Shown here: piece by piece, positions 1 through 13,349 of the stretch
Numbering within the stretch: the stretch's first letter is position 1
Layout of the letters: each line of letters begins with the position of its first letter
Origin: Octopus vulgaris
Taxonomy: Eukaryota
Assembly: GCA_951406725.2 (NCBI GenBank)
Contig: OX597819.1
Location: forward strand, 66,774,001 to 66,838,000
Length of the DNA stretch: 64,000 bases
Reading direction: 5' to 3'
Program-made: the position numbers and the translations under genes
The notes under the pieces: generated by a model
What the model was told of the DNA's origin: nothing
Databases searched by the model: none
Seen by the model: only the letters and a program-made list of their open reading frames with translations

Positions 1-62
1 AGCCCACGTCTATGTCCCGCGCCCCACCTGAATTTTCTCAGGCCCCACCTTGGGAATCACTG
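1..62. mobile_element. Right end of a hAT (Charlie-like) DNA transposon/MITE
   Basis: Ends in TTGGGAATCACTG (revcomp CAGTGATTCCCAA, hAT-Charlie-type TIR). It is followed by CTCTAAAG, which fits the 8-bp NTCTARAN target consensus. The other end lies outside the window. Confidence 0.55.
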
Positions 63-198
63 CTCTAAAGGTATGATGATGAAAGCTCCCATTCATTAGA
101 ACAGTCCTATATTTAAGAGATGAGGAATTATATACATTATTTACATTAATTTCATCATTTACATTTGACGGTTATCTGTCCTCATCGTGTTTGTTCTT

Positions 199-244
199 AA
201 CACAACGTTTCGGCTGATATACCCTGCAGCCTTCGTCACGTGTC
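199..244 (-). ncRNA. Type-I hammerhead ribozyme motif (core C3 mutated)
   Basis: GACAC-GTGACGA-A-GGCTG(loop)CAGCC-GAAA-CG-TT-GTGTT. Stems I and II pair, stem III is a minimal palindrome, and the first core base is G rather than C. Confidence 0.6.
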
Positions 245-287
245 TTGGGGAATTTCCAAACCTTGTTTCTCAATCCTAAGGTTATCA

Positions 288-607
<320 letters not shown>

Positions 608-931
608 GGTCACTCCTTGGAATCGAACTCGGAAACAAGTAAAAAAAACAATGTCAAATTTAAAAAATATTATAAAGATATAACACAAAATCTACTTTCA
701 AGGTATGAAACCAACAGTTTAATTAACTTCCTTTATCCAAAAAAAAGTTTTGACATAAACTATGTATCTTTAAATTTACAATTAAATATTTTAATTAAAA
801 TATAAAACCATGAGAGAGTTAAAAGAATTATAAATAGATTTACAAATTACCGACTAAAATTTCGACCACCTCATACAGAATTTATGCATTATTTTTTATA
901 AGTCTAGGAAACCACTATGCTATATACCCAT

Positions 932-1006
932 GGGAATATCGCGTAGCGGTTAAGAGCGCGGGCTACTAACCTCAAGTTTCCTAGTTCGATTCCAAGCCGT
1001 GACCTG
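932..1006 (+). mobile_element. tRNA-derived SINE head (Pol III A/B boxes)
   Basis: TAGCGGTTAAGAGCGC (A-box/D-arm), anticodon-like arm CGGGCTACTAACCTC, AGTTCGATTCC (B-box), then (AAT)n. Confidence 0.75.
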
Positions 1007-1026
1007 AATAATAATAATAATAATAA

Positions 1027-1057
<31 letters not shown>

Positions 1058-1065
1058 AAGAAGAA

Positions 1066-1672
1066 GAAGAAGGAATATATTCACAGACATGACAGAGTTG
1101 GAACTTACATACATTGGAAGCTATGCCAACATTATGGAATAACAACAGAAAAAAGATGGTATAGGCACACACCAGAAAAGGTCACAGAAAACGAGAAAGC
1201 AACCATACTCTGGGATATGCCGATACACACAGATAGAGAAATTAAGGCCAACAGACCAGATATAGTTGTCAGAGACCATGAAGAAAAAAATGCTTTCTAA
1301 TTGATGTATCAATACCGGCAGATGACAACGTGTCTCTAAAAGAAATGGAGAAACTCTCAAAATACAAAGACCTGGAAATAGAGGTAACTAGAATGTGGAA
1401 TCTGAAAACAGAAACAATTCCTATCATAGTAGGTGCATTAGGCATGATAAAAAAATATTCAGACAAATACATAACAAAAACACCAGGACTTACAAACACA
1501 TATAACATACAGAAAACTGCACTACTAGGCACTGCACACATCCTACGCAGAACACTTTCCATACAATAACCATCAGAGCATCACAACACATCACAGCACA
1601 TACCCAAGGCACACAGAGCTGCGCTCGGTAGTGAAGTGAAAGCACGCTATAAAAATAAAAATAAAACTACTG
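1066..1672 (+). mobile_element. 3' fragment of R4/Dong-clade non-LTR retrotransposon (RLE domain + 3'UTR)
   Basis: Encodes RHDRVGTYIHWKLC...WDMPIHTDREIKANRPDIVV, then a frameshift, then LIDVSIP...KLSKYKDL...LGTAHILRRTL. Ends in (AAT)n. Confidence 0.88.
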
Positions 1673-1729
1673 AATAATAATAATAATAATAACAATAATA
1701 ATAATAATAATAATAATGATGATGATGAT

Positions 1730-2275
1730 GCAGTACCAAACATTGGTTCTCATGGCTTCTGATCTTAACTGATTGGAAGTGTTAATATGTTTATTGTTTC
1801 GTCTTAGTATAAAAGATGGGCTACAGTAAATATTCTGCTCAATACCACAGATTTGCTTTTCAGATGTTTGACCTTAACCAGTTGAGAATGTCCCTTAGTG
1901 GCTGGCGTTATATGCATCTCTGATCACGAGCGGAAGTAGTGGGTGAGCATCATAGCCATGTGTTGAAAGGAATTCTTGGAGGTTTGGATAATTCACCTCA
2001 GGAAACATGAGTGTTTCGTTCAACATCCTTAAATAATCCTTAATCAGGGACCTTTTGAGTGGAATAGGTTTCTCGACCAGAAGAAAACTCTAACTGGGCA
2101 CCACTTGCAAGGTCATGCGCTGTTTAACTTGATATGTGATCACCATGTCGCGCACATATGATTGTGATGCATGTGGCTGGTGTACCCTTATCAGACGGGT
2201 AGTCATGATGGATATACTGGGCTTCGTTTATTTTACTCCAGTGTCACTTTGATGGCATGCACTGCTCTCTCACTC
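1730..2275 (+). mobile_element. ~550-bp non-coding interspersed element embedded in (AAT)/(GAT) repeats
   Basis: Reverse-complement homologues at 9846-10398 and 11501-11905. All share the end CTCTCTCACTC-(AAT)n. Confidence 0.8.
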
Positions 2276-2365
2276 AATAATAATGATGATGATGATGATG
2301 ATGATGACGATGATGATGATGATGATAATGATGATGATGATGATGATGACGACGACGACGACGAC

Positions 2366-2418
<53 letters not shown>

Positions 2419-2459
2419 GGATGATTACGATAATAACAACAACAACAACATCAACAACA
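2276..2459. repeat. (AAT)/(GAT)/(GAC)/(AAC) compound microsatellite
   Basis: Directly visible. Confidence 0.95.
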
Positions 2460-2586
2460 TCGAAAAATACCTTAGGAATCAGAACTCAAGTTCGAAATGT
2501 GCCCAAGACACCTGATGTAGGCTGGAGGGTATATGAGACGAAACAACAAACGAAATGAGAACAAATATCTGTCAAATGTAAATAAC
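2460..2586 (+). mobile_element. Body of the tRNA-headed HHR SINE (degraded hammerhead)
   Basis: Homologous to revcomp of 101-287. Reads GACAC-CTGATGT-A-GGCTG...GAAAC with a deletion after GAAAC. Confidence 0.7.
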
Positions 2587-3037
2587 TTCGATTCATTGGT
2601 TCCACAGTTTAGAGGCAGGGGAATGGCCTGTAGATATACATTGTTGCCCTTTGGTAAGGTATTATACAGTTAGCGACCCTGACAAGATTTCTCCGCAAAC
2701 GATATGTGCAAGAGTGCATTTTGCACGAAAAAGTCAATATGAATGTTTCTCTCATGGTAACTATCGCATTATAGGTTGTTCTAACAGAACATCCGTATTT
2801 AAGTGTGGATAAATATTACCTCTTGGCATTAGTACTACCCCTGTCATTAATATACACTTTTTAACAAGTTAGCTGTTTATCGCGACACCTGCGCATTTCA
2901 GTCTATATATCAGTGGCAGCGAATTGACTCGCTTGTGCATCTACCAAACAAGGTCGAAATTACTGGTGGTCTCGGCGCTGGAGGCAACGAGGATTTATCT
3001 CTCTTCTAAAGATGTAAAGGAGAGGGCATTTGCACAA

Positions 3038-3102
<65 letters not shown>

Positions 3103-3247
3103 TAATAATAATGATAACAATAACAACCTCAATAATGATAATGATATACGATTTCGGGCAACAAAATTTCAACAAATATACTAATACTAATATTGATAGG
3201 CTATAGGATTCATTTGAATTTAGACATATCAACCCGAAGCATGCCTG

Positions 3248-3342
3248 TTTAAAATTTTACCTGAAGATGGTGTATTGGTTCTATGATATAATTTGTGAAT
3301 GCATCAATAAATTCTAGCGAAACAGCTGTCGTACATTTTAAA
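3248..3342 (+). ncRNA. Type-I hammerhead ribozyme motif, PLE-type
   Basis: TTTAAAATTTTAC-CTGAAGA(3261)...C-GAAA(3319)-CAGCTG-TC-GTACATTTTAAA. Extended stem I, palindromic stem III, weak stem II. Confidence 0.65.
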
Positions 3343-4030
3343 GCGAATACAAGCATTATGGATATCACTACTTCTATCAACTACAATGATATAGCTATTA
3401 TTGCTTTGCCTGGAGTTAATATGATCAAGCGCATCTCATTAACTACCTACTATTACTACTCCGTTTCTTTCTCCTTCTATTATCATTACTCCTGCTGCTG
3501 TTGGTACCACCATCAACACTGGCACCAGAAACACATTTACTACGCTGCTGCTATTGTTGTTACAATCACATCCCAAAAACAGTGCCACGGTTAAGCTGTT
3601 GCGTCCGTTCAACATTCTACGGAGAGAAATACATTTGTAATCATTTATAAGCGTAGTGAAAATAATGTAAGGAATTATTTCGAAAGAATCAGCACACGCA
3701 TAAAGACAGGAACGACATATGACGTCAAATCCACAACAAACGTTTTTCAATTTCTAAAACTAATAGTCTTTGATGTGTTTTTATGGAATTTCATTTCATT
3801 CCCTGTGAATATCCAAAGAACCGTATGCATACGTATATTATTGTAGACAAGTATATGCATCATGTACGTATGATAATATACGTGAAAACAAGAACACACA
3901 CATATTCACACGTACAAAATATTTATATATACATTTAGAAAACATATTCATTGATATGTTTGTATATATAGATATGCACAAAAAAATTAATACATATATA
4001 TCATATATATATATATATATATATATGTAC

Positions 4031-4062
<32 letters not shown>

Positions 4063-4957
4063 GCGGAGAGAGAGAGAGAGAGATAAAGAGAGATTGAAAG
4101 CTAGCTACATACCTGTATGTATATATATATATATATATACTTAATCATATATATGTTTCTATGTAGATGTATATATATACATATATATATATATATATGC
4201 ATATATATATGCATATGTATATTTATGTATATGTGTCTATGTTTCTTCTCTTGTTTTCTTTGTGGTCTTCCAACGTTGGTGAGATCTTCTGAACTTATCG
4301 TGGAGCTTCTACTGATGGAAATATTGAAGGCATTTCTAGAGAGGGTAGTTTTTCTACCTCTCTCGATGTGGGGGTGCCATTTAGTTCGTGTGATTTTTTC
4401 TCAAATGCATTCGTTTCTGAATTGTTCCTAAATTCGGAGCAGAATCTCTCTATCTGTCTCTTCCTCTCTCTTTCTTTCAATTTTCCCCTCTCTCTCTCTC
4501 TTAATCTCTCCCTCACTTTATTTCTCTTTTCCTCTATCTCTCTCCCACCCTTTCTTGTCACAAGCAAAATCATTCACTCTCTCTTTCTCTGTCTTTGTGT
4601 CGATCTCTCATTAAATTTCAATACATTTATCTCGGTATTTTTCCATCTTTGATTTGTGTAGAAAAAAAGACGTTAATAGACAATATTTATATATAAATTT
4701 GTATATTTCTATATATATATATATTTTATATACATATTGCAATTTGTAGATCCAGGCATACAGGTATACATACTTATATGTGTATATGAGTGTTTGTGTG
4801 TGCATACAGGCTTTTATGATTGTATCTACGAGACTGCGTATAGAAATATACATGTATATAGTTATATAAATGCCTGTACATATACATATGTACACACACT
4901 TGGACGATGACACTTATGCATTTCTCTCTGTATCTATCTTCAAACACATGTGCGCAC

Positions 4958-5020
<63 letters not shown>

Positions 5021-5514
5021 TATAAATATATATAAGTATGTGTGTGTACACACACATACATACACACACACATATATATAAAGAGAGAGAGAGAAAGATA
5101 GATTTAGATAAAACTATGTACAGGCGCACACAAGCTTCCACGCGAATATACAGATGAAAAATTAGAAGACCACTTAAGAAATATTCGTGGCTGTTTATGC
5201 TTGAAGCAACATAATGTATAAAAGTTACATGTACCATTAATAATCCAGTATTACCTAACCTATTTTTTCCCCGAACTCTTTCCCTCCCTTGTTTCCTTCC
5301 TCTCTCATTTTTTCAACCACTTATATCTTTCTTTGATAAATTGCTTCATTTTCTGTCTCTGGTTTGATTTCTTGTTTTAGCCTCTATTTATTTACGATTT
5401 AGTTTTAATTCTCCTATGACAATACTCCACCACCAGCACCTTATGCTACATCTTCAAATGCAAATTGTTATTTTCTTTTTTTTTCTTTTAGTTAAAACGG
5501 AGGGGGGATCCTTT

Positions 5515-5700
5515 TCTCATGTGGTAGTTAGCAGAATTGTTAGCACGGTGGACAAAATGCTTTGTGGAATTTCTCTTGCCTTTATATTTTTGATTTAATA
5601 ATCCACCAAGATCAACTAAGGCTTTCATCATGGGGTTGATTAAATAAGTACCAGTTGTGCATTCACTTCAGACTTTCTGGCTTTGTGCCAAAATTACAAA
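5515..5700 (+). mobile_element. Degraded SINE (family of 62701-62918)
   Basis: GCAGAATTGTTAGCACG...CAAAATGCTT...TAAATAAGTACCAGTTG resembles the 62701-62918 copy. Confidence 0.55.
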
Positions 5701-5772
5701 CGATCATCATCATCAACATCGTCGTCGTCGTCATCTTCATCATCATTAATATTATTATTATAATTATTATTA

Positions 5773-5965
5773 TTCCTTCGTAACACAGTGGCGGTAAAGA
5801 TGCACCGGAGTATTTACTCATCTATTAAATCTCAACAAGGACCTCAGACAGGTAATACTTTCCTTAAGATATGCGGTGTGCCCAATAAAGCTGGTTTTGC
5901 AAGATATCAATCTTGCATGGGATTTCGAGTTGCTTTAAGAAGTATTGAAGATTCAATAGGTTTGA
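5773..5965 (-). mobile_element. R4/Dong-like 3' fragment
   Basis: Minus strand encodes KPALLGTPHILRKVL*, the same C-terminal motif as the other RLE elements. Abuts (TTA)n. Confidence 0.6.
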
Positions 5966-6016
5966 GCATAACGCTCCGATCACTTTTACATTACCCTCTC
6001 GCTTTTCATAGTCTTA

Positions 6017-6062
<46 letters not shown>

Positions 6063-6063
<1 letters not shown>

Positions 6064-9000
6064 TATGTTTGACTTTTGCTTTATGTCTGTACAAGTTGGC
6101 TCCAAGTCTCAACCAGAGACAATAGGTTGGAAGTTCTGTGCCATATATTTGGGGTTTTTTTCTTTTTTCTTTGGTGTTGTACTAGTGAATGTCTAATACA
6201 TAAAAATAAAATTAAAAAAAAAATAAATAAATAAATAAATAAAAGTTTGTTTTAAACCTTGGGATTACATAGAGAGTATTTTGCGTAGGATATGAGCAGT
6301 TCCCATGAGCACTATCTTTTGAATTTCTGCCATTTTGGGGTTTCCTGGTATCTGAGTTAGGTAGCAATCAGTCCCTTTCGCTATCATTCCCAGGGCACCT
6401 ATGACAACAGGTATTGTTTTAGTCTTCAGCTTCCACATTTTGCTGATTTCTATTTCAAGATCTTTATATTTGCTCAGTTTTTGGTAGGTCTTGACAGATA
6501 CGTTTATATCGATTCAGACAGTCATATCAATGAGGAGGCATGTTCTTTGTCTGAAGTCTTTCAATATGATGTCTGGCCTATTTGCATCTATCTTCCTGTA
6601 AGTTTGAATGGTGAAGTTCCAGAGGAGTGAGATGTGGTCATTTTCAAGCACTGGAGGTGGATTGTGTTCCCATCAGTTTTTTTCATGGGGCAAATCCAGG
6701 TTTTTGCAAATTACCCAGTGAATATATTGTGCAGCTCTATCATGCCTGTTGAGGTATTCTGTAGGCGGTAGAAGACTGCATTTGGAGACAACATGATCAA
6801 TGGTTTCATTTTGTTGTCGGCATACACGACATGTTGGGCTACTGCCGTTTTTAATATGTTGGCCTGGTAGTTTCTTGTTGGTAGGCATTGATCTTGAGCT
6901 GCTATGATAAACCCCTCTGTTTCAGATTTTAAGCCAGAGGCCATTAGTCATTGTTGGGTCAGGGCTTTGTCAATATCTGCATTATTCTCTCTCTTTGGAT
7001 ATTTGCCATAGAGAGGTTTTTCTTGCCATTTATTATTCAGAATATCTAAGGCCGCAGTTTTGGCACGGGTTTTCATGCGCCTAGCTTTTTCTGTGCTTGT
7101 TTTTTGTATGACTATCTCTAATTCCGAAATTGGCATATTAGGAATTCACTTAGATATTCCTTTGCCTGTTTTGTGACTGAGTATGATGCTTTCTTGTTTT
7201 CATGTTTTGAGACAAGTTTTAACATCCAGTCCTCAGAGTTTTTCAGGTAGGTGTCTAGGCCAATTGTAGCAATCTTCATTGTTATTGCCAGTTGCAAAAG
7301 ACAACGGCCTCCTCTTTTCTTGGCAGATAGAGTCGTTCTGTATCTGCCTTAGGGTGGTGCATTCTATGCATTGTCAACAGTTTCCTTATTTTTCTGTCGA
7401 GCTGACATATTTCAGTAATTGACCAGTTAACAATATTGAAACTGTAAGTCACGACTGGTATGGCTAATGCATTGATCGCTTCGATTCTGTTTCTTGCATT
7501 CAGCTCTGTTTTGAGTATTGCTCTCACTCTTCGATAGCATTCTCTCCTGATCCTTTCCTTCATCTCTGAATGCCTTATTCCGTTCCCTTCAATTACCCCT
7601 AGGTACTTGTAGCTCTCCGCTGGGTCTAGTTCTTTTATGACATTCTGTTGGTCAAGGTTAACGTTAGATGTTTCTGTCATTTTTCCTTTGATAAAGGTAG
7701 CCTTTGCACATTTATCGAGGCCAAATTGCATTCTGATGTCGTCACTGAATTGTTTGACTATCGCTAGTAAGCCCTTGAGTTGTTGGTCATTTTTTGCAAA
7801 AAGCTTTAAATCATCCATGTAAATGTGATCATTTATATTTTTATCAAACATTTTATACCCGTACTGCGCGTCATTGAGCAGCTTTGAGAGAGGTATTAAG
7901 GATAAACAAAAGAGGAGTGGTGACAGTGAGTCACCCTGGAAAATGCGACACGAAATTTTTACATCACCAGCATTTAGGGATTCATTGTCACTGTTCAGAG
8001 TTAGTGTGGTTCTCCATGATCTCATACTTACAGTCAAGAAGTTTCGCAGAGTAGGTGCTATCTTATAAATTTCCAGGCATTTCCTAATCCAGCTATGTGG
8101 TAGGCTATCAAAAGCCTTTTTATAGTCTATCCAGGATATTGATAAGTTTTTGTGTCGTTTGTGACAGTCTTCTAAGATCATCTTATTGATGAGTAGTTGA
8201 TCTTTACAGCCGTAGGATCCACGTTTACATCCTTTCTGTTCATTAGGGAATATGCTGCTGTCTGTTAAAAAACTATAGGTATATTCCGTAAGGGCAGATG
8301 TTAGCGTTTTGTACATAGTTGTTAAGCAGGTTATGGGTCTATAGTTTTTTGGTTCATTTGTTTCTTCACTTTTTGGAAGCAGGAATGTTAACCCATTAAC
8401 TAGCCAAGGAGGCATCCTACTAGGGTGTTGCAAAACATCATTGTACAGTTCTGTTAGCAGTTCATAGCTCTCTGGGAAGGCATTCAGCCACAAGTTAGGA
8501 ATTTTATCCTTTCCTGGAGACTTCCAGTTGCTTGACCTTCTGAGAGCAGATCTTATATCTTCTACCTTGACACCCTCCCACTTTTGCTCTTCTAAGGGGT
8601 CCAGTTCTGTAGATATTCTGTCAATCCCGGAGGCCTTTTCGTTGTGTGTCTTTTCTTCTGCCCAGATTTTATTCCAAAATCCCTGCACTTCTTCTTTTGA
8701 TGGTACAGATCTTGCAGTAAACGCTGTTTTTCCTATCTTCCTGTAAAAATTCTTGGGGTTATTTTTGAACTTGTTGTCCTTGAAAAATCTAACACGCTTT
8801 TCATACCTCGCTATGCGGGCAGCTTTAGCAGATACCTTTTGTTTGATGGTTTCTATGGTGGCATCAATATCAAGTATAGTTTTCATATTGTATTCTTTCA
8901 GTAATTTTTGGGTTTTTGTAGGTTTTGTAGTCTTGTGAGCCTTAAGGTTTTTCAAATATTCAATGTCAGATCTAAATATTTTAATTTGCTGTTGCATACG

Positions 9001-9783
9001 CTCTTGCCAAGAAGGCTTTTTGTGGGAATGTTGCCGTTTTCTAATCTTTACACCACATAGGATCGTTGAGATTTTCGCGGATGCATAGTATAGGTGGTTG
9101 AGGTTTGTGATATCAACATCATTAGCTGAAATTATATCCTTAAGTGCAAGCCGGATTTTACCAATTATTTTCATATTTTGGTTAGAGTTGCGGATTTTAG
9201 GGAGCGTATCACGTTCATCCATACTGGTTTCTTTAATTTTCAGCCATTCAATCATGATTTGATTTTTTAGCTCATGTAGTTCTGTTGGGTCAATATTTGT
9301 GTGACTTTCTTTATCTATTTGATGCTCATCTGTCTAAGTGTTTATGATTGGTTCAGGGAGTATTTCACTTTGCCTATCACTTATACTAACTCTTTCAATC
9401 CTCACTTCGTTTTTATCAGCCCTGGGCTGGTCTATAATTATTTCCTCTGTATTATCTTCTTTAGCTGCAGCTTCGTTCATTTTATCCGATATTGCTTGTC
9501 TAACTTGATCAATCTCTACTTCAGTCAGTAATTTTTTTTATAATGTTTCTTCTAACGTTGGCAAGTTTGTTACTGTCTATGTAGGGTCTTACTTCAGGGT
9601 TTTTCTGTCTCCAGTTTAAGTAGGTTTGTATAGTATTAGATTTATCAGTGGAGAAATATATGGCATGGTAGAAGGCCTCAAGAACTTCTTTATTATCTTC
9701 CCTAGACCATTTTTCCTTCTTTTTCTTTTGATTATTTGGTGATGAGCATGGACGGCCATCTGCTGGAATATTCCGGTTGTGGG

Positions 9784-9784
<1 letters not shown>
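6063..9784 (-). mobile_element. Near-full-length R4/Dong-clade RLE non-LTR retrotransposon inserted in (TAA)n
   Basis: A single disrupted ORF with RT, CCHC knuckle and RLE domains. Flanked by (TTA)n at 6019-6062 and 9785-9845. Dong-type elements are known to target (TAA)n. Confidence 0.92.
6265..9740 (-). pseudogene. RT-RLE polyprotein (frameshifted; 7282-9255 is the intact RT segment)
   Basis: N-terminal KWSREDNKEVLEAFYHA. RT motifs KSPGKD, YRPITCL, EQKGC, WIDYKKAFDS, QGDSLSPLLF, YMDDLK. Knuckle CRVC..NETIDHVVSKC, then RHD, NRPDII, KLSKYKDL and GTAHILRKILSM*. Confidence 0.9.
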
Positions 9785-9845
<61 letters not shown>

Positions 9846-10398
9846 GAGTGAGAGAGTAGTGCATGTCATCAAAATGACACTGGGATGAAATATACGAAGC
9901 CCAGTTTACCCATCATGACTACTCATCTTGTAAGGTTACACCAGGCACATACATCACAACCATAAGTGCGCGAGATGGTGATATCATATCAAGATAAACA
10001 GCGCATGACCTTGCAGTTGGCACACAGAATTTTGTTCAGGTCAAGTCGCTCTTCTCTCTCAAATGGTCCCTGGATAAATGTTGTTTAAGGTCCATTGAAC
10101 GAAAGACCCATCTTTCCAGAGGAGGTTTAATGAAACCCCAAAGAATTCCTTTCAACACATAGCCACGGTGTTACCTCACTGATTCTGCATGTGATCAGAC
10201 ATGCTCATATAGGTAGCCCGTGCGGGACATGTTCAACAGGTTAAAGACAACCAAATGACTTGCAATTCTGTGAGATTGAGCAGAATATTTGCTGTAGCCC
10301 ATCTTTTTATACCAAGATAAAAAATGTACATGATAACACTTATAATCAGTTAAGATCAGAAGCGATGAGAGCCACTGTCTGGTACTGCATCGAGCATT
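9846..10398 (-). mobile_element. Copy of the ~550-bp (AAT)n-embedded element
   Basis: Revcomp homologue of 1730-2275. Confidence 0.8.
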
Positions 10399-10416
10399 TA
10401 TTACTTTATCATCATC

Positions 10417-10477
<61 letters not shown>

Positions 10478-10481
10478 CCAC

Positions 10482-10543
<62 letters not shown>

Positions 10544-10695
10544 GCATCGTCATCGTCATCGTCATCGTCATCATCGTCGTCGTTGTCGTCGTTGTTGTTG
10601 TCTTTGTTGTTGTTATTATTATTATTATTATGATTATGATTATGATTATTATTAGTGGTTACGGTCAAACAACTGACAAGTATCAGGGCATTTTA

Positions 10696-10788
<93 letters not shown>

Positions 10789-10905
10789 GTAGTAGTAGTA
10801 GTAGTAGTAGTAGTAATAGTAGTAGTAGTATTGGTATTATAATAATAATAATAATAATAATAATTATTATTATTATTATTATTATCATTACTATTATTAT
10901 TTATT
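10399..10905. repeat. (CAT)/(CGT)/(TTG)/(TTA)/(TAG) microsatellite cluster with a small element fragment at 10655-10692
   Basis: Directly visible. The fragment matches 11869-11905. Confidence 0.9.
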
Positions 10906-11312
10906 GTGTTTGCACATATTCTAACGCTGGAGATGTATTACGGTGTCAGCGGTCCACAACGAGTGAACTAAGGTAACACCCCTTATTTTTCGAGCACCAT
11001 CCGGATTATTCGAGCTGTTCCAAGAAATGCTGGTTTCTGCAAGTGCCCCACCCGTGTTGCAGCCCCTATTTGTTCCATGTAATTATCAAGATTTTTACTC
11101 ACTGTCCACAGGGCTCTAACAATTATTGGTACTACTACCACCTTTTCAGTCGACCACAATTGCTTAAAATCCTAAGTTAACCTGTCATTTCTATCGACTT
11201 TTCTTTTTTCTTTATCATTTACCTTGTCGTCAAATGGGCATGGTATATCTATTATCCAGTATCGTTTGCTTTCATTCTCAATTAACCGCGTCTGGTTTCC
11301 TATTCTCTATCT
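10906..11312 (-). mobile_element. R4/Dong-like 3' fragment (degraded RLE)
   Basis: Minus strand reads KIENRKPD...QLWSTEKVVVVPIIVRAL...LQKPAFLGTARIIRMVLEK*. Lies between (TTA)n tracts. Confidence 0.75.
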
Positions 11313-11332
11313 TAATCATCATCATCCTCACC

Positions 11333-11416
<84 letters not shown>

Positions 11417-11462
11417 GTTGTTGTTGTTGTTGTTATTGTTATTGTTTTTGTTATTTTTATTA

Positions 11463-11500
<38 letters not shown>

Positions 11501-11905
11501 GAGTGAGAGAGCAGTGCATGCCATAAGCTCAGTATGCGCATCATGACTACACATCTGATAAGGGTACACTAGGCACATGCATCACAACCATATGTGCGCG
11601 ACATGATGATCTCATATCAAGATAATCAGCACATGAACTTGCAGGTAGGGCCCAGTTAGAATTTTCTTCTGGTTGAGTAACACATCCCGCTAAAACGGTT
11701 CATGAATAAGCGTTGTTTAAGCATGTTGAAAGGAACACCCATGTTTCCAGAGGTAAATTATTCAAACCCCAAAGAAGCCCCCTCCACACATGGCTATGAT
11801 GCTCCCCTTCTACTTTGGCTCGTGATCAGAGATGTACATATCGTCAGCCACTAAGGGACATGCTCAACTGGTTACGGTCAAAAAACTGACAAGCATCAGG
11901 GCATT
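11501..11905 (-). mobile_element. Shorter copy of the ~550-bp element
   Basis: Starts GAGTGAGAGAGCAGTGCATG directly after (TTA)n, like the 9846 copy. Confidence 0.8.
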
Positions 11906-11908
11906 TTA

Positions 11909-11951
<43 letters not shown>

Positions 11952-11986
11952 TATTATTGTCATCATCATCATCATCATCATCATTA

Positions 11987-12029
<43 letters not shown>

Positions 12030-12037
12030 TATTATTG

Positions 12038-12068
<31 letters not shown>

Positions 12069-12135
12069 TATTGTTATTATTATTATTATTATTATTATGA
12101 TGATGATGCTGATGCTGATGATGATGGTGATGATA

Positions 12136-12183
<48 letters not shown>

Positions 12184-12212
12184 ATCAATTTTATTATCAT
12201 TATAATTATTTT

Positions 12213-12460
12213 GGTTGAGCTCAGGTTCGGTTTTATTCCTGAAAGGAATTATGTAGGTAGCGTGTTACTACCTGTAACCTTAGATATGCGCATATTTTCA
12301 GCGGTCTTTCAAATGCCTAGAAGCCTCCTTATAATTCTTGCTCTTCCTAAGAGACAAACTTTCTGTTGGAGCTCCACCGAGTATCCAATTTCAATCTCCT
12401 TCATTCATTTTTCTATATCTTCGCTTACTGTTCCTAACGCACCAATTATCATAGCACCAC
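12213..12460 (-). mobile_element. R4/Dong-like 3' fragment
   Basis: Minus strand reads IIGALGTVS...QKVCLLGRARIIRRLL. Confidence 0.7.
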
Positions 12461-13234
12461 CTTACTCTTCTTATGCGCCGATCCTTGAACTAAACGGGCA
12501 AGAGGAGTTGATATAGAAGCAACTTTGATTTTTGTTTATCGGCACAGTAATCATGCGAATATGCCAACGGGTAGAAAAAATTATTACTATCATCATATGT
12601 TATTGATGAAGAGAGAAGATGTCTTTTCGATTCACTCTTTGAAAGGCAAATATATAATATTTTATCAAACGTAATTATGTTTAAAATACTTGTAAGAAGT
12701 GCATAAACTATAATTACTTAAAAAAACAAGTGAACGTGATGTTTGGTGTTATTACTTTATTTAGAACCGTTTATATTTCTGTTTATACTCATTGTTTTCC
12801 AAATGCAAAATATTTGTCAGACAAAATTATACCACACGTTACGACTTTAATGGCTAAATCTACAAAAAAGTTCAGAAACAATAAATGTTGAGAAAAAGAG
12901 GAAAAGTCAACTCATTTGTGAGTATTCAATCGAAGAAATTATTCCAAATACACAGATTAGTAATTTGGAGGTCAGTAAAATTCAGAACAACAACAAAAGT
13001 AAATTTTGCAGTATTCCAAAGAGTGAACACCGATCATGTAATTGTAATGGCAGTTATTCCCACGAGCTACATAAACGAACAAAATTTTGGGACGAATGAA
13101 AATTACAAACAATTGTAGTTGACAGAATGTTAAATAAAACAAGAGAATTCCTTTCCTCTAGGAGACCATCCATGAGAATGAAAAGTGAACTTATATGTGT
13201 ATGTGTATGTGTATATATACGTACATATCTATAC

Positions 13235-13267
<33 letters not shown>

Positions 13268-13349
13268 TATATACATATATAAACACACACACACACAAAC
13301 ACACACACTCATATATATATATATATTATACAACTTAGATAACTTAGAT

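Noticed and set aside
932-1006. Functional tRNA gene
   Set aside because: The acceptor and T stems do not pair properly and it runs into (AAT)n. It is a SINE head.
2605-2662. Possible small exon ending in TTG|GTAAGG
   Set aside because: There are no supporting neighbouring exons or recognisable peptide, so chance splice-like motifs are likely.
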